In this document: positions 50,878 through 63,124 of the stretch, in pieces
How the letters are laid out: each line of letters begins with the position of its first letter
Position numbering within the stretch: position 1 is the stretch's first letter
Source: Polymyxa betae A26-41
Taxonomy: Eukaryota > Protista > Endomyxa: Phytomyxea
DNA length: 64,000 nt
NCBI GenBank assembly: GCA_003693705.1
Contig: RBZT01000286.1
Span: 169,461 to 233,460, forward strand
Reading direction: 5' to 3'
Notes under the pieces: generated by a model
Seen by the model: only the letters and a program-made list of their open reading frames with translations
The model's database searches: none
Told to the model about the DNA's origin: nothing
Position numbers and translations under genes: made by a program

Positions 50878-53044
50878 TTAGCAGGAGAGGAACTGATTAG
50901 CATCATATGATGCTTCTACGATAGATTCCAAAGAATCTACCCAGAGCTTGATATCTCTTAAATCTGTATGGAACATATCGAGATCCTTGTAAGATAGGCA
51001 TTCTGGATGAAGTTCATCATGATCCAGTAATCGATCATATACACAGACCTTCTCTGAGATCTTATTGAAAACATACTTGAACTGATTAGTAACAACTGCA
51101 TACAACTTATATCCATTGATAGGATTATCTAGGACAATACGTCTGTGTTCTGATTGTTGTCTCATTAATGATTGACCTATACCATGTTGTTGAAATGGAA
51201 TTAGACCAAGCATATCTATAACGGTAGCCATAATATCATACTGATTTGACACTTGATCAATGCGAATAGGATCTTTAACCTGCTGGTTATATGGAGGTAG
51301 AATAAGCAATGGAATTCTTTGAAAGTCATCAAGTAGATCAACCATATGAAGTTCAGGATTACCACCAAGTCTATAATCTTTACCTCTTCCATGATCACCT
51401 TGAATAATTGTAATCGTATGATTCAATAATCCCTTACTACTTAATGACTTTATGAGTCTACCAAGTAGACGATCCTGAATATGACAGTTCAGACTTTCAA
51501 TAATCAGTAAATACATTATTAATTATTATACCGAATATATAATAGAAGATTTATAGTTTGCTGAAGTCTTTCCTCTGCTTGCAATAACAGCAGGATGTGC
51601 GAGATCGTGATCAGATAAATCTTTAGATGGAACTATGAAGGGGCTATCATAATGGTTAATAATATGGAATAGTATTAAATACAATCACTTACCTATGAGA
51701 GCTAACAGAATAATAATCAATAAAGTAAGGCTGTGATGAATTATGCAATTGTTGTATCCTATCCTCCAATATGGTCATAGTTTGTTGATCATGAAGACCC
51801 CAAGATTGTTGCTCAAATTGATTACTTGTCACACCAAGCTCTCCAAGTCGATTCAAAATAGCATATCTATCCATACAATGATGAAATGAATGATGAGATA
51901 GAAACCACTGCCAATCATGCCAATTGAGATCAGTTCCAGATATGAATTCATTCCTGTATCCTCGTTCTTTCAATATATCAGCTAAACCATAGACACAAAG
52001 AGATCGTGATTGTGATGCTAAAGCAGCTTCATGATCATATTTGGGTTTGATACCGAATAGATGTGTCAATAAAGTTCTGGAGGTCTGAGATGATGGAGAA
52101 TAATGTGATGTAAATAATATGCTATTCTGGGCCAGATGATCAAATTCTGGTGTTAGCGATTCATTGTTGGTCTGATCTTGTATGCATCCAACTATATGAT
52201 GAGACCAAGATTCCATGTTCAATATTAATATATTGTAAGGTCGACTTGGACTTGGTTCTATATGAAATTGGACTGGGCCATTGTAATTCCAAGTCCTTCT
52301 CCAGAATTGATGTTCAGATAATGATGACAGCAGCGTGTAGTTTTCATGCTCTCCAATAACAGATTTAATTATGGACGAATGGCTTGGAATAAATATATGT
52401 GATGATGACGACAATGGTACATAAAGACCTAGATCGGTTAGAAATCCAGCTTGTAAGCATATGACTGCATTATCGAACAAATATTTCGTTTGTGATGATT
52501 GACCCAAACGTAGATATAGGACCAGGTTCGTAGTGAATACTGATGTCAGTGCTGCAATAGACACATGTGTGTAATTGGAATGTGAACAAACAGATCTGAC
52601 ACATCTGGAGCTGATCAGAATAAAGGCAGAATACAAGATAATAAATATAATTGAAGTGAGCTCGAGGACAACCTGCTTAAACGAGGTGAGAAAAAGGTTG
52701 AAATTTGACAGAACAGTTTTGAAATCAGTGTACGATAACCGAGGATATCCCCAATGTTGTAATGATAGATCTAAAACTATAGGAAGAGTAAATAGACAGA
52801 TGATTATGCAGATAGATGTGAATCTGGGTCGACTGCAGATTATCATATAAGCCTGCATTAAGATGCAAAGATCCTGCAAATACCCGAACATCATACCAAA
52901 TAAAAGAGTTGGAAAAGACCATCCAATTCCATGAGCTGATATCTGAATACGAACTGTATCCAACCGATTAATGCTCAGAAATATCAATGCAACTGCCAAG
53001 AATCGCAGCCAAGTGTTCTTCTCACATCTATACATTTTGGGCAT
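50878..53044 (-). CDS. LTA synthase/MdoB-like membrane phosphotransferase (alkaline phosphatase/sulfatase superfamily)
   Basis: About 5 N-terminal TMs, NILILNMESW, SQTSRTL, WGLHD, spliced SSHSPF, IIQGDHG, RIPLLIL, SNQYDIMATV. Two introns. Confidence 0.82.
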
Positions 53045-53225
53045 CAGATAAAGAGTGATCGGACGTTTGTCTATGCGCTTGTGGCTTAAATCATATGGCC
53101 TTGATTGCTGACAAACCAAGATGAAACGGTATGGATAGTAATTCAACATTGCAAAACATGTTTTAGTGGAGATAATGTATGCAGTAAACAGCGATCACGA
53201 CCAGAGCTTGCTTAACACTTGAGAG

Positions 53226-54050
53226 TTATGTACATATTGGTGGCGACATCTTCATACCGAACGATTGTTTCATGACGACGTCGTATAAACTTTCAATAGC
53301 ACTATCAACAGGTGCAGAACGTTCCTTCATCTTGCGTATTAAGGCACGACATAAAGAGCTCTGCTCCGATGCCGATAAAGATGCTGCTGTAACTCCATTT
53401 CCAAATATGTTGATGCCGATTCTAGCAGCAAACGACGATATAGAGGAATCATGAGACTTAAGACGTTGGCATATAATAGGGATAACCTGATCTGTAATCT
53501 GCCTTAAGATAGGTGCCCATGAAGATTGGAGAGATAGACCGGCCAGACACATCAGCGCTTCACGATGTACTTCCAAGAAAGGAGAGTTGGCAGAATGCAG
53601 CAGAACTTCAATTAGCTCCATGTTAGCTTCTTGATGGATAAATGCTGGCTCGCTTTCAAGACTAGGTTCAGCAAAACCATCCTCTTGAATCGAGCTCTGA
53701 CGAATATTGTTAGGAAAATCCAAGAATGATTTGTCGGAGCATAATTCGACATTAGGCTGTCGAAGCTTTAATGAAGAATATATAGCTCGAGCAATAAGCC
53801 GGAACACAGAGCGATCTCCAGAGAGACGCTGAAACTCGAATAGAAGCGAGTTCTTAGAATGTTGAAAAATGTTCAAAGCCAGATGTAATGTCGAGGTTCG
53901 AAGTATCAACTGATAGGGTTGCAAACGTATGCAATTGCCAAGGTGTTGTATGCTATCAGCTGCAACCTGTAATAGCTGGTGGGGAGTCAGAAGAGGACAA
54001 GTGGCGGCCCATTTCTTGTCATATACGGGTGGTATGCCAGGGAGAGACAT
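53226..54050 (-). CDS. Hypothetical protein, KA1-like N-terminus plus ARM-like repeats, intronless
   Basis: 274-aa ORF; LLFEFQRLSGDRSVF (KA1-like), then EVHREALMCLAGLS and IPIICQRLKSHDSSISSFAAR (ARM/HEAT-like). Confidence 0.55.
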   Translation of the reverse strand: MSLPGIPPVYDKKWAATCPLLTPHQLLQVAADSIQHLGNCIRLQPYQLILRTSTLHLALNIFQHSKNSLLFEFQRLSGDRSVFRLIARAIYSSLKLRQPNVELCSDKSFLDFPNNIRQSSIQEDGFAEPSLESEPAFIHQEANMELIEVLLHSANSPFLEVHREALMCLAGLSLQSSWAPILRQITDQVIPIICQRLKSHDSSISSFAARIGINIFGNGVTAASLSASEQSSLCRALIRKMKERSAPVDSAIESLYDVVMKQSFGMKMSPPICT

Positions 54051-54411
54051 GATGATGGCTATGATCTAGCACATGAGATGTCTCATGATGACGCTAGACC
54101 TCAACAACAGAATCTGATAATGAGAATGATAGAAAAGGAGAAGCAGTAGGGAGTATGGTGAGTCAACACTCAATACGTCACACAGGGTTGCACCCCCCGA
54201 ATATATCTCTCTCTATATATAATAAAGGTACTTAATACAAAGGGATATCTCGGTCATATAATCAGCCAACTACACCATCACATCTACACTCCTCAAAACT
54301 CCAGATTTTAACAGTTATTTTCGATATTCCTCTGATGACAACTCGGCATTATCAATCAAACGTCAAGATGGGATTTATCACTGAGTGATGAAATATTGAG
54401 AACAAATGGAT

Positions 54412-56890
54412 TTATTTTTTCCTTTTTGATAGGCGAAGCATATTGGTGTCTCGTCCTAAATTTTCTAAAAATGTCCTGTTCTCTTTCAGTTTCAGTGTTT
54501 TCTGTAATTCTTTCTTCTGAGTCAACTGCCTTCGTTCATTTTCGATGAACTGGGCGTCTCGTCTAAGTTCTCTTCGAGCTCCCTTCTTCTCGCTCTTCAA
54601 CTTTCTCAGCAATGCTTTCTGGTGTCGCTTTTCAGCATCTTGCTCCCTTGCCTTTCCCGGAATAAAGTCTTCATAGACCACCGGATCTCGCTCACGAATC
54701 TGTATAGTCGGATTAGGAAGAGCATATCACTTGAGCAAAGAACATACCTTATGAGGATTTCTGTTGATAACCAAAGGCGTTCTCTTTGAAACAATTTTCT
54801 GAATGGTTGACATAAACTGATTTAAATCCACCTGATCATTGACCTCTTCAAGTAGGTGACAGAATGGGGAAATCAGCTGTATGGAAGAAATGAGCTCAGA
54901 CGAATAAAATAATATAATGATGATGAATATAACCTCTGGATATGATGATAGATGTTCATGTAATGATAATGCTCGTCGAAATATTGACATGAATGCATTA
55001 AGAGGAACACGACCATCATTTGAGAATAGAGAAGTTAATTGCAGGTTGCCATCATAGCGATCCCGAATGACTTTCTGCATACAGAGTATCATATGATTGA
55101 TGAGTTCAGGAATAAAGCGGTGTGATTGTTGGACATATTGTAGAAGAATATCACATAGAAGAATGCTACGAGCTAGACAGGACATGGTTCGTCCTAACAA
55201 AGTTCAGTAGTAGTCAAATGCAGTAGAAAAGAAGCATACTTCGAATCTGAAGAGCAGATAGATAGGATGTGACAGCAAAGAGAAGTGGAGTTATACAAGC
55301 ATGAATATAATCTGATATAGAGAAGATCTGCATTGCTACTTGTAATTCAATTAATGTATGAACAGGTAGATCACAGAGAGGAGGTAAACATGCATCGATC
55401 TTGGAAATAATCTGAAACAAACTTAACTGACAGATATAGTCATTGAAAAGCCTTACGAACATTTTGTAAGAATGAATCAGAAGCTAGACGAGGAAATTGT
55501 ATGGCCATTTCAGCAATAGCATTAGTAAGAACATGAGATAATTCAATAGTATTTGATGTAAATGATACAGAATCTGACCATAATCCACGTAGATACTGAA
55601 GCAACATACGAAATAATCGTTGTAATGCCATACTGTTATCAGTATGAAATGATATATGAGAACATGCTCGTATACGTTCAATAACTGTAGATAGACGTTC
55701 TCTATCTGATTTACCAAGATCTATAAGATCTTCAACATTATCAGGTACATGGATAATGTATGGGAGCTCTTCAACATCTCCCTTATCTCCCTTATTACTA
55801 ATTGTAATATCATTGACTTCAGATTCAGAACCCGACAATCTCAGATCATAATCATCATCATCCATATCGGAAATGTCATGATCAGAATCTGGTAATACAA
55901 ACTCAGGATCTATCTCAACATTACATACAGTTAGATCTTCAATCGAATGTCTAGTCTGCTTGCTAATCATTGGGACTGCCATACGCTTCAGACGTTCTTG
56001 CTCTAATTCAACAAGTTTCTTATGAGTTTTGGCTGCAGCTTCAGCTTCTGTCAAAGTACGATCTGAAGCTGCTTCTGTCGCCTAGGAATGGCAAGTAAGA
56101 TCCCTGATATTGATCTCAATAACAATATCATTACCTGTGTTGATAATTGTCTGGAAATCATCTCAAAATCATCATCAGGATCATCATTTACTGGATCAGA
56201 ACATTGATCGTCTTTTGAATATATCATTGCAGATCGAAGATCAAGCCATGCTGAATCTAAATCAGCCAATATTGCTGCATCTTGCTCTTTCGCTAACGCT
56301 GCTTCTGCCTTGGTTTGCTTTGACTTTATAATAATGTCCTGTAGTATCTCTTGACGTGTACGAGGAACACCACATCGTGCTTCTTCAGCCATTAATTCGC
56401 GATCTCTTTCAATCTGTAGTTGAAGTTCGTGATTCTTTTGAATCTCTTCATCATGTTCATCTTGTAATACACATGATAATGCAGCACCAAAATGAGTGAT
56501 CTCATTAGCACCATCAACATTGTCATCATCCAGATTATATAACTCATTCTTTTTACGCCGCTCTTGTTCAAATCGAATCTGGCTCTTTTGCTCAGCGGTT
56601 AATGACGGATTGAATTGACCAAATCGATTATCAATAAAACGATTGATCTTATTATTATGTTTCCGGTTAAATTCATCATGTAGAGATTGAAGACGAGAAT
56701 GGATAGCTTTAGTTCGAGCAGCAGTTACATTCCGATCGGCTCCTTTAATCTTTCTTCCAAGAGCAATCTGTCGTTTAGGTATTGATGATACCTTATTGAA
56801 TGGATTATTCGGCACTGTTGTTTTCCTTCTCTGACGATGTATTAATGATTCCACAGCAGAAGATTTGGATTTCTCCTTTGGAGCGGCCAT
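54412..56890 (-). CDS. NOP14: Nucleolar protein 14
   Basis: NPF, NRFIDNRFG, ITHFGAAL, TRQEILQDIIIKSK, LVELEQERLKRM, FSISDYIHACITP, RFIPELIN, KSEKKGARRELRRDAQFI. Confidence 0.92.
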
Positions 56891-57389
56891 CTTTTCTTTT
56901 ACTGTATCAAATACAGATAATCAGAAAGCCAGAGCTGCCCCCCAAGACCTTCGCACTCCGCCACGGATTGGATCTTCAGCTCTCGGACTTCTCTAATTTT
57001 TCATATTCTTTTTATTGCGGCATCAAAAATATTCAGTCGAAGTACGTTTTGCAGAGGGTACTGTTAACACGTTTTGGCTGGTTGGATTTACTTCACAAAC
57101 ATGTTAATATTCTTATAATTATGATGAAAACAGTAAGAGGAAGCCACTAATTTCATAAAGTTTGTACCGTCAAACAACAAGCTATGCTCTATCTTGGGAT
57201 CAATAACAATATACTTGTTTTTCATTCTCATTATGTCTTCTTACTGCAAATCTTGACCTGTTCATTGTCTGCTCACTAGTAATAGGGATACGGCGATATG
57301 CAGAGTAACTTTTTATCTTCTAGTGCTTGTAACACGCACATTATCTCTGCTTTCTAGCCTTCTAGGTAGGAGTAAAAAAATTCCCACTT

Positions 57390-57420
57390 GAAATAGGCTC
57401 TAAAAATAGGCTCTAAAAAT
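57390..57420. repeat. Short tandem duplication (AAATAGGCTCTAA x2)
   Basis: aaataggctctaaaaataggctctaaaaat seen directly. Confidence 0.7.
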
Positions 57421-57441
57421 GCTGTATCATTCAATTATTCT

Positions 57442-58368
57442 ATGATCATCAATTGCTTGTGTTTGTCATCATCTCCACAGCATACGCTCTATCAAGCATT
57501 AATTTATCAAGACATAGACTTGATCTTGTCTGTAGTCACCCAGCATTCCTCTACTTTAGATTTAAATATCAAGGTTGTTCGTCTTCATGGTTCGTATTGC
57601 TATAGTGACAATTTTAGGCCCAAGGTCGAGGACTGCTTCATTTGGCTACTGCCTATCAAGATATAAAGCTAATTCAGCTTTTGGTCAAAAGTCAAATCGA
57701 TATTGATTTGCCAAATGATGTAGTGAAGTCGATTGATACACCATTTTGTCACACTGACTATCGTTTGCAGTTAGGTCAAACGAGTGTTTTTATTGCTTGT
57801 TTATCAGGCAGATTGGATATTGTTAAGATTTTGTTTAACGCAGATGCTGATATTTATCAATCCGACCAAGTAAGTTTTGCTTTATGCAGCTAAGATTTTT
57901 TTCTTGGCGGCATATATACATCAAGTTTATATTTGCTGGTAGGAGGGTACGACGCCTTTTATGGTAGCATGCTGGAGGGGACATGTTCCTGTTGTTAAGT
58001 TCCTCTATGAGAATCGATCATCAGTTTATGATCGAAATCACCATAATGAATCAGCACTATCATTATCTTGGGCCTGGTCACAGCTGTCATCACTTAAATA
58101 TTTAATTTCTATCATGATCCAGGACGTCCTTAATCTCATTTCAATAGCGAAGAACATTGAAGAACCAGAGGTTCTCAAATCTAAAATTTTAATGTATTCT
58201 GGCATCACAGAACAACAACAGGACACTATCGATTCATTATACAAATTCGGTACAGATATTCTACTACCGATCGTGGAAGTTTTGTCTGGTCAAGCTGCCA
58301 GCAATTCCATTTATGATTTAAGTCAGATTATACTCAAACTTGATGAAGTCCCAATGTCTTGCTATTAG
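57442..58368 (+). CDS. Ankyrin repeat protein
   Basis: LLHLATAYQDIKLIQLLV, GQTSVFIACLSGRLDIVKILF, GTTPFMVACWRGHVPVVKFLY, NESALSLS. Start uncertain. Confidence 0.8.
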
Positions 58369-58407
58369 CATAGTCATATCATGCATATAGCGTGTTCTTC
58401 ATTATTT

Positions 58408-59590
58408 TTAAAATGCATAATGTGGTCCAATATATTCATTCTCGCCTCCATCGTTGTCTTCAATATCTTCATCTTCAGTAACAGCTTCTGCCTCTGTTTG
58501 TCCAGAATCCGAATGAAACTCGCTTTCATCTGAATCTGATTGGGAAACCCTTCTCTTTCCAAGATATAATTGTTTGAGCTTGAATAGCTGTGAACACTGA
58601 TAGACAAACTTGAGCATGTTCTTCTCAGGTGTGTCACGAAGATCCAGTTTTCTCAATTGAGTGCAGTTGTCTGCTAGCGATGAGATATCGGTTACTGATG
58701 TTGATCGAAGATTCAGTTCTAGTAAAAGACGGCATGATGATAGTGGATCAACTGTTAGGACCAATTCAGTATGGAGGAAAGAGATGCAATTTAGACACAT
58801 TACTATCTTGAATTTGGTGACATTGACATAGATCAAGATATTGTAGGTTACGTAGATACTTTAGAGGGCTAATATCAACCAATGAATGCCAATGTCTTAA
58901 TGATAATCTGATCAGATTCACTAAGGGCGATATCCACCTGATATCTGTATCATCACGTACAGCAACATTTAATTCGGTTAATTGAATGCATCTGGATAAC
59001 GGATCCAATGGAACATCTTCCAGCAGGCACGCTAAATGTATTTCTTTTAATGATTGTAGACTTGATAAAAATTCCAGATTAGGAAGTCGGGTTCGTGAAA
59101 TATTCAAGGCTATCAAATTTGGAATCAGAGCCAAACGTTCCGGATCCTCAATATCAAGTTCATCATTTGGTATGAGATTAATTGTTGGCCTAGAAGGTAT
59201 TTTCTTTAATTCATGTATACGACTTAGGTCAGATACCAATAGAGTAGCATGCTCTAGCTTTGTGAATACTCTCAGATATGAAAGCGTCTCAGTACGAACT
59301 CGAAGTTGTCTTAATGTCCTTCCGAATACTAGAGCTATTTCAGCTAATGGGATAGGATCAGCAGTATAGATGTCAAAGTTAGTGACCGAATTGGTTAATG
59401 ACAAGAATGTAGCTACAATCTGGTTAATGTGATCCCGTCCAGGGTCGTACAGCAACACAATACTCTGTATATGCTGTCTACATTGATAGAAGACTCTGGA
59501 GACCTGATAGCAGATTACCATTTGATCATAAGGTAGATAGTCTAAAGCTAGAGCGAGCACGTCGACCTGAAGGTCGCCAATGTATGACAT
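58408..59590 (-). CDS. F-box-like/leucine-rich repeat protein with acidic tail
   Basis: DLQVDVLALALDYLP (F-box-like); LRRs such as DISPLKYLRNLQYLDLCQC and LLELNLRSTSVTDISSL. One intron near 58752-58803 joins the two ORFs. Confidence 0.78.
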
Positions 59591-60072
59591 GATTGTAGAC
59601 TCAGAGTATGATGACAGTCTTAGAGCTGACAATCACATCACCTATATCTCTGCCTCGTCTATGTCATTATGACAACCACTTCTAAGATCCAGACAATGTT
59701 CTCCAAGCAGGCAGTATAGGGGTTCTCACATCATCGTATTTGTAAGATTACCGCATGGATCCTTAATCAATCATGTTCTGAATGTTATACTTCATCAAAT
59801 ATCGGTGTTATTGCAATACGATCCAATTTATTTTCTCTTCTTAAGTGCAACAGGCTGACTTTCTTTGATGCGGTAATTTGTAACATGATCCATTTTTTTT
59901 CAGAAGTAAAATCCTGTATGTACCTTTACCTTACCTTATACCTGTGAACATGTTCTTGTTGTTTCGCTTTAGGCGGGTAAGTACCAAGGATTTAAAGTCA
60001 AATACTCAGTATACTTCACAACAATGCGAGTATCATGTTTTTTCGGCGCTGATTTAGACCTAAATAGAAATT

Positions 60073-60600
60073 GTGCATAAATACGCCGATTATAAACAGG
60101 CATTTCCCATTTGTACGATTTCAGAGGAACAGCTGAAAGTCCATGTTCGGAAAGAGAAGCAATCCTTGAAAGCTGGGGGAGCTGACGACGAATCAGGGAA
60201 GGTCCTTGTTCAGCCTGCTGATATCATGGAGCAAATCCGTCAAGGCGATCGTCACGCCTGTAGAAACATTCTGGCAGAGCGAGCGAAAAAACTTGTATCT
60301 CCCGATAGTAAAGCATCGCCGGCGGTCAAGAATAAGCAGGACGCTGGAAAGCCCGGCGAATCAGTTGACAATTAAGCCGGGGAAGCTGTTGAAGGCCAGT
60401 TGCCTGCAACAACAGGTTGCTTCCTTTCGCCGAGGTCGCAGCAGATCTCAAGAAGAACCTCAAGCTTCGCGAACGATTCAGTAGGCTCCATGAAGAAGCG
60501 ATGATAGCTCAGGCAAACAGCGCCAAGTTTAAAAACCTTTAAAAGGCCCGAGAAATCTGGTTAATTTCGGAAGATTCTTGGCGAAGGCGACGCTTTTATT
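60073..60600 (+). pseudogene. Possible degenerate second ORF of the adjacent PIF/Harbinger element
   Basis: Charged coding-like fragments in shifting frames, convergent with the transposase, GC higher than the host flank. No motif recognised. Confidence 0.3.
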
Positions 60601-62271
60601 GCTTTTGTATCGGTTTGGGAACCTGGTTCAAACCGATACACTTTGAGGCCAACAAATCAGAAATCGCCTTGCCAACTGCATTTGTGTTAACCTCTACCCC
60701 AGCGGTCATGTCATTTCGACGACGCTGAAGGAAGTTAGTCATGATCGCAGCCGAACGAAATAGATGGGGAAACTTATCGTGTATCATATTGATTGTATTC
60801 ATCAACCGACGCCATTTTTGTTTGAGGCCGCCAATTCGGAAATTTTCCATTCGATGCGGATTCTGTACCCAGCGTGCATAGAATTGAATGCATCAATTAC
60901 TGACATTCCACCGTCCTCGACTGTTTCGCGACGACCAATACGACGCATAATAACATATCCTCACCGACGTATCTTGGATTTCCAAGCAGATAGTAAATAG
61001 AAAGAATCGTCGTTGTGGGTGAAATAGCGACGCCAATTTTTGTACAGCTCCGACTGCCGCAGGCAGTTCACGTCATGCAAGGATCCTGGATATCCTGGGT
61101 CAATGAGAACGAACAGCCCGCTGTGATCGATGACAACAGAGTTGTTGAAGCAGTACATTGACTTGCGTCCATTATACTAGAGCAGCAGCTGATCGGCCCG
61201 GGATTCGGAAGAAGGACGAAGAATCTCAATGAGATTCCCTCTATGATTCCGATGCATCCTTGAAAACCAGGAATGCATTTTTCAGGGGCCCGGCGTTCGA
61301 ATTCGTTGGGCCATTTTCGTTCTTTCGTCAACGCTTCGTTAATACAGCTGGAAACAAAAATCACATAATCGCAAGCAGACGATTTAGGCCAATTCTAGTT
61401 GTTAGGGATGGGTTCGGTTCCGGTTTCGGCTAGCCGGCTTGAAAATCAGAACCAGCCGGCTAGCCGCTTAGAAAACCGGCTAGCTGCCGACTAGCCGGTT
61501 AGGGTTAGGGGTTCTGTAGACATGTAAAAACCCTAAGTTTGATCAGAGTAAGTTGGCTCAGAGCTGGGGCAAACACTGATACAGGCACCTTTCAATGCTT
61601 TCATGAAGCACTTTATTGATCACATCTTCATCGCAACGGTCATACACAAGATTCACGTCGTCAACTCAATCGTTTCCGGGTGTGGTCAGAGCCGCACCGC
61701 ACGCACTGGAGAATTAACAGATGCGAGGACAGGCGAAACCGAGTTTTCGCGCTGTTTCCGGCTAGCCGACGGTTAGCCGGCTACAGCACAATGACCAGCC
61801 GGCTAGCTGTTTAGAACGGCGAACCGGCTAGCCGATTGGTTAGCCGGAACCGCGCCCATCCCTACTAGTTGTAAGTATCATAACGCATGGCGTTATCGTG
61901 CTTAAAATAGAAAATTAGATGTAGGACTCTTTGCTTTGGTCTGAGCTTGGAGCGGCGCCCGAAAGCTGAGCGACGAGCCCAGCCGTTCGAGCATGAGTAA
62001 CGATTATCGGGCACACTGCAGCGCAAAGCTCCTCGAATTCTTCAGCAGTAGAATTTGTGAGAATCTTAAAGAGGGAAGGCATTTGTAGCAAAGTTTGCTA
62101 ATTGGTCTCGTCCTCCAACTAACGAGTTACAAAAGCTTGGTCTACTTCATCAAACTCATCAGGGTCGAGCATATACCAGCTGATGTTTGAGGCAGCGGTT
62201 GCGACCGCACCATGCGCGGTCAGCTCCTCGTCAGTCAGATCCAGAAAATCGGTGGAAGCAGGATCGTTCAT
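60596..62271 (-). mobile_element. PIF/Harbinger (DDE_Tnp_4) transposase relic, frameshifted and interrupted by a MITE
   Basis: FKILTN..EEFEELC, FYFKHDN, WPNEFERR..GFQGCIGIIEG, NNSVVIDHSGLF..GYPGSLHDV, IGGLKQKWRRL, AAIMTNF. Several frameshifts and a stop. Confidence 0.85.
61403..61864. mobile_element. Non-autonomous hAT-type element (MITE), 462 bp
   Basis: TIRs TAGGGATGGGttCGGTTCCGG / CCGGAACCGcgCCCATCCCTA; perfect 8-bp TSD CTAGTTGT at 61395-61402 and 61865-61872; subterminal GGCTAGCCGG repeats. Confidence 0.92.
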
Positions 62272-62520
62272 GGCAGCACGGCTCCGGCGCGGTGACTACA
62301 CAGAAATGTGCAACGAACTTCTCGCAAGTCGCGATATTAAAACCTTGGCCAAACTTTCTAACTTCTACGTTCATTACGGACAAGGCGTAAAATCGGGCGA
62401 AGCGCAAATTTTTACACGCAAAAGTTGGTCTCATTAAACTCGTCCGTAAATGGGTGCGGAGTTTGGCACGGTGTTCGTGTTAGTCATGATTTTCGTCCTG
62501 CGTCCGCAAAATAGGCTAAA

Positions 62521-62856
62521 ATGATAGAAACTCCCTACGAAACTAGTCGTGAGTTTTCTCCGCATTACAATTTCAGGGCCCCTGTTCCATCCAGCCAATT
62601 TATGGACACTTCGTCGACAGAAGACCTGTTGCTGTGTGATTCTGATGACAGTGATCAAGTCATTGCAGCAGTTTGCATGGCAGGGGCCGGTGTCGACGAT
62701 TTCTTTGCTTCGGAAGAGTGGCTGGACGATGGTCACGAATATGTTAATCAGGAAGAGGGCGTTCGAGACGTTTTAGCCATGATCAGACGAACTCCTACTT
62801 TATTTAAATGCTTGACGAATTTCACTGCTCAGGAATTTGAGGAGCTTGTGGCAATC
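62521..62856 (+). mobile_element. 5' part of a second PIF/Harbinger-like transposase, truncated by an LTR insertion
   Basis: GVRDVLA..PTLFKCLTNFTAQEFEEL parallels PSLFKILTNSTAEEFEEL of the minus-strand copy. Confidence 0.7.
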
Positions 62857-63017
62857 TGTCGTTCAAGCCTGAGACGATTGCACGAAGAAATAGTGAAGAT
62901 GAATCTCTATTAATTATATGCTTACTCAGGCCCTTAGTAAATCCAGAAATTCATCGGAGTTGATTGATAGCCAGAGTATGCGTAAATTAGAGCCATACAA
63001 TATCTAATATTGTTACA
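62857..63017 (-). repeat. Probable 3' LTR (161 bp) of the chromovirus
   Basis: On the minus strand the polypurine tract AAGAGAAGAAGGGGAG is followed by TGTAACA..ACGACA. The left end coincides with loss of Harbinger similarity. Confidence 0.7.
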
Positions 63018-63124
63018 CTCCCCTTCTTCTCTTAAATCAATCTCCGAGAACAAGAAGCACCTGGGAAATTACAGTAAGCAGCGGCATTAAAAACCATCAG
63101 GGTTCTAATGGGAAAACATGCCAC

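Noticed and set aside
58752-58836. Apparent frameshift between the two LRR ORFs
   Set aside because: Explained by an ordinary GT-AG intron (CAAGATA|gtaatg..ctaacag|TTGATCCA).
1-60000. Many short or antisense ORFs and in-frame stops suggesting pseudogenes or an alternative genetic code
   Set aside because: The stops fall in GT-AG introns, spliced genes read in the standard code, and the antisense ORFs are shadows of real exons.
61499-61536. TTAGGG repeats as a telomere or chromosome-healing site
   Set aside because: Only two units, internal to the MITE.
61420-61850. GGCTAGCCGG repeats as a CRISPR-like array
   Set aside because: Irregular spacing, short palindromes, bounded by TIRs and a TSD; these are hAT subterminal repeats.
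60050-62440. Terminal inverted repeats for the Harbinger element
   Set aside because: Only a 5-bp AGACC/GGTCT match was found, which is not enough to define the ends.
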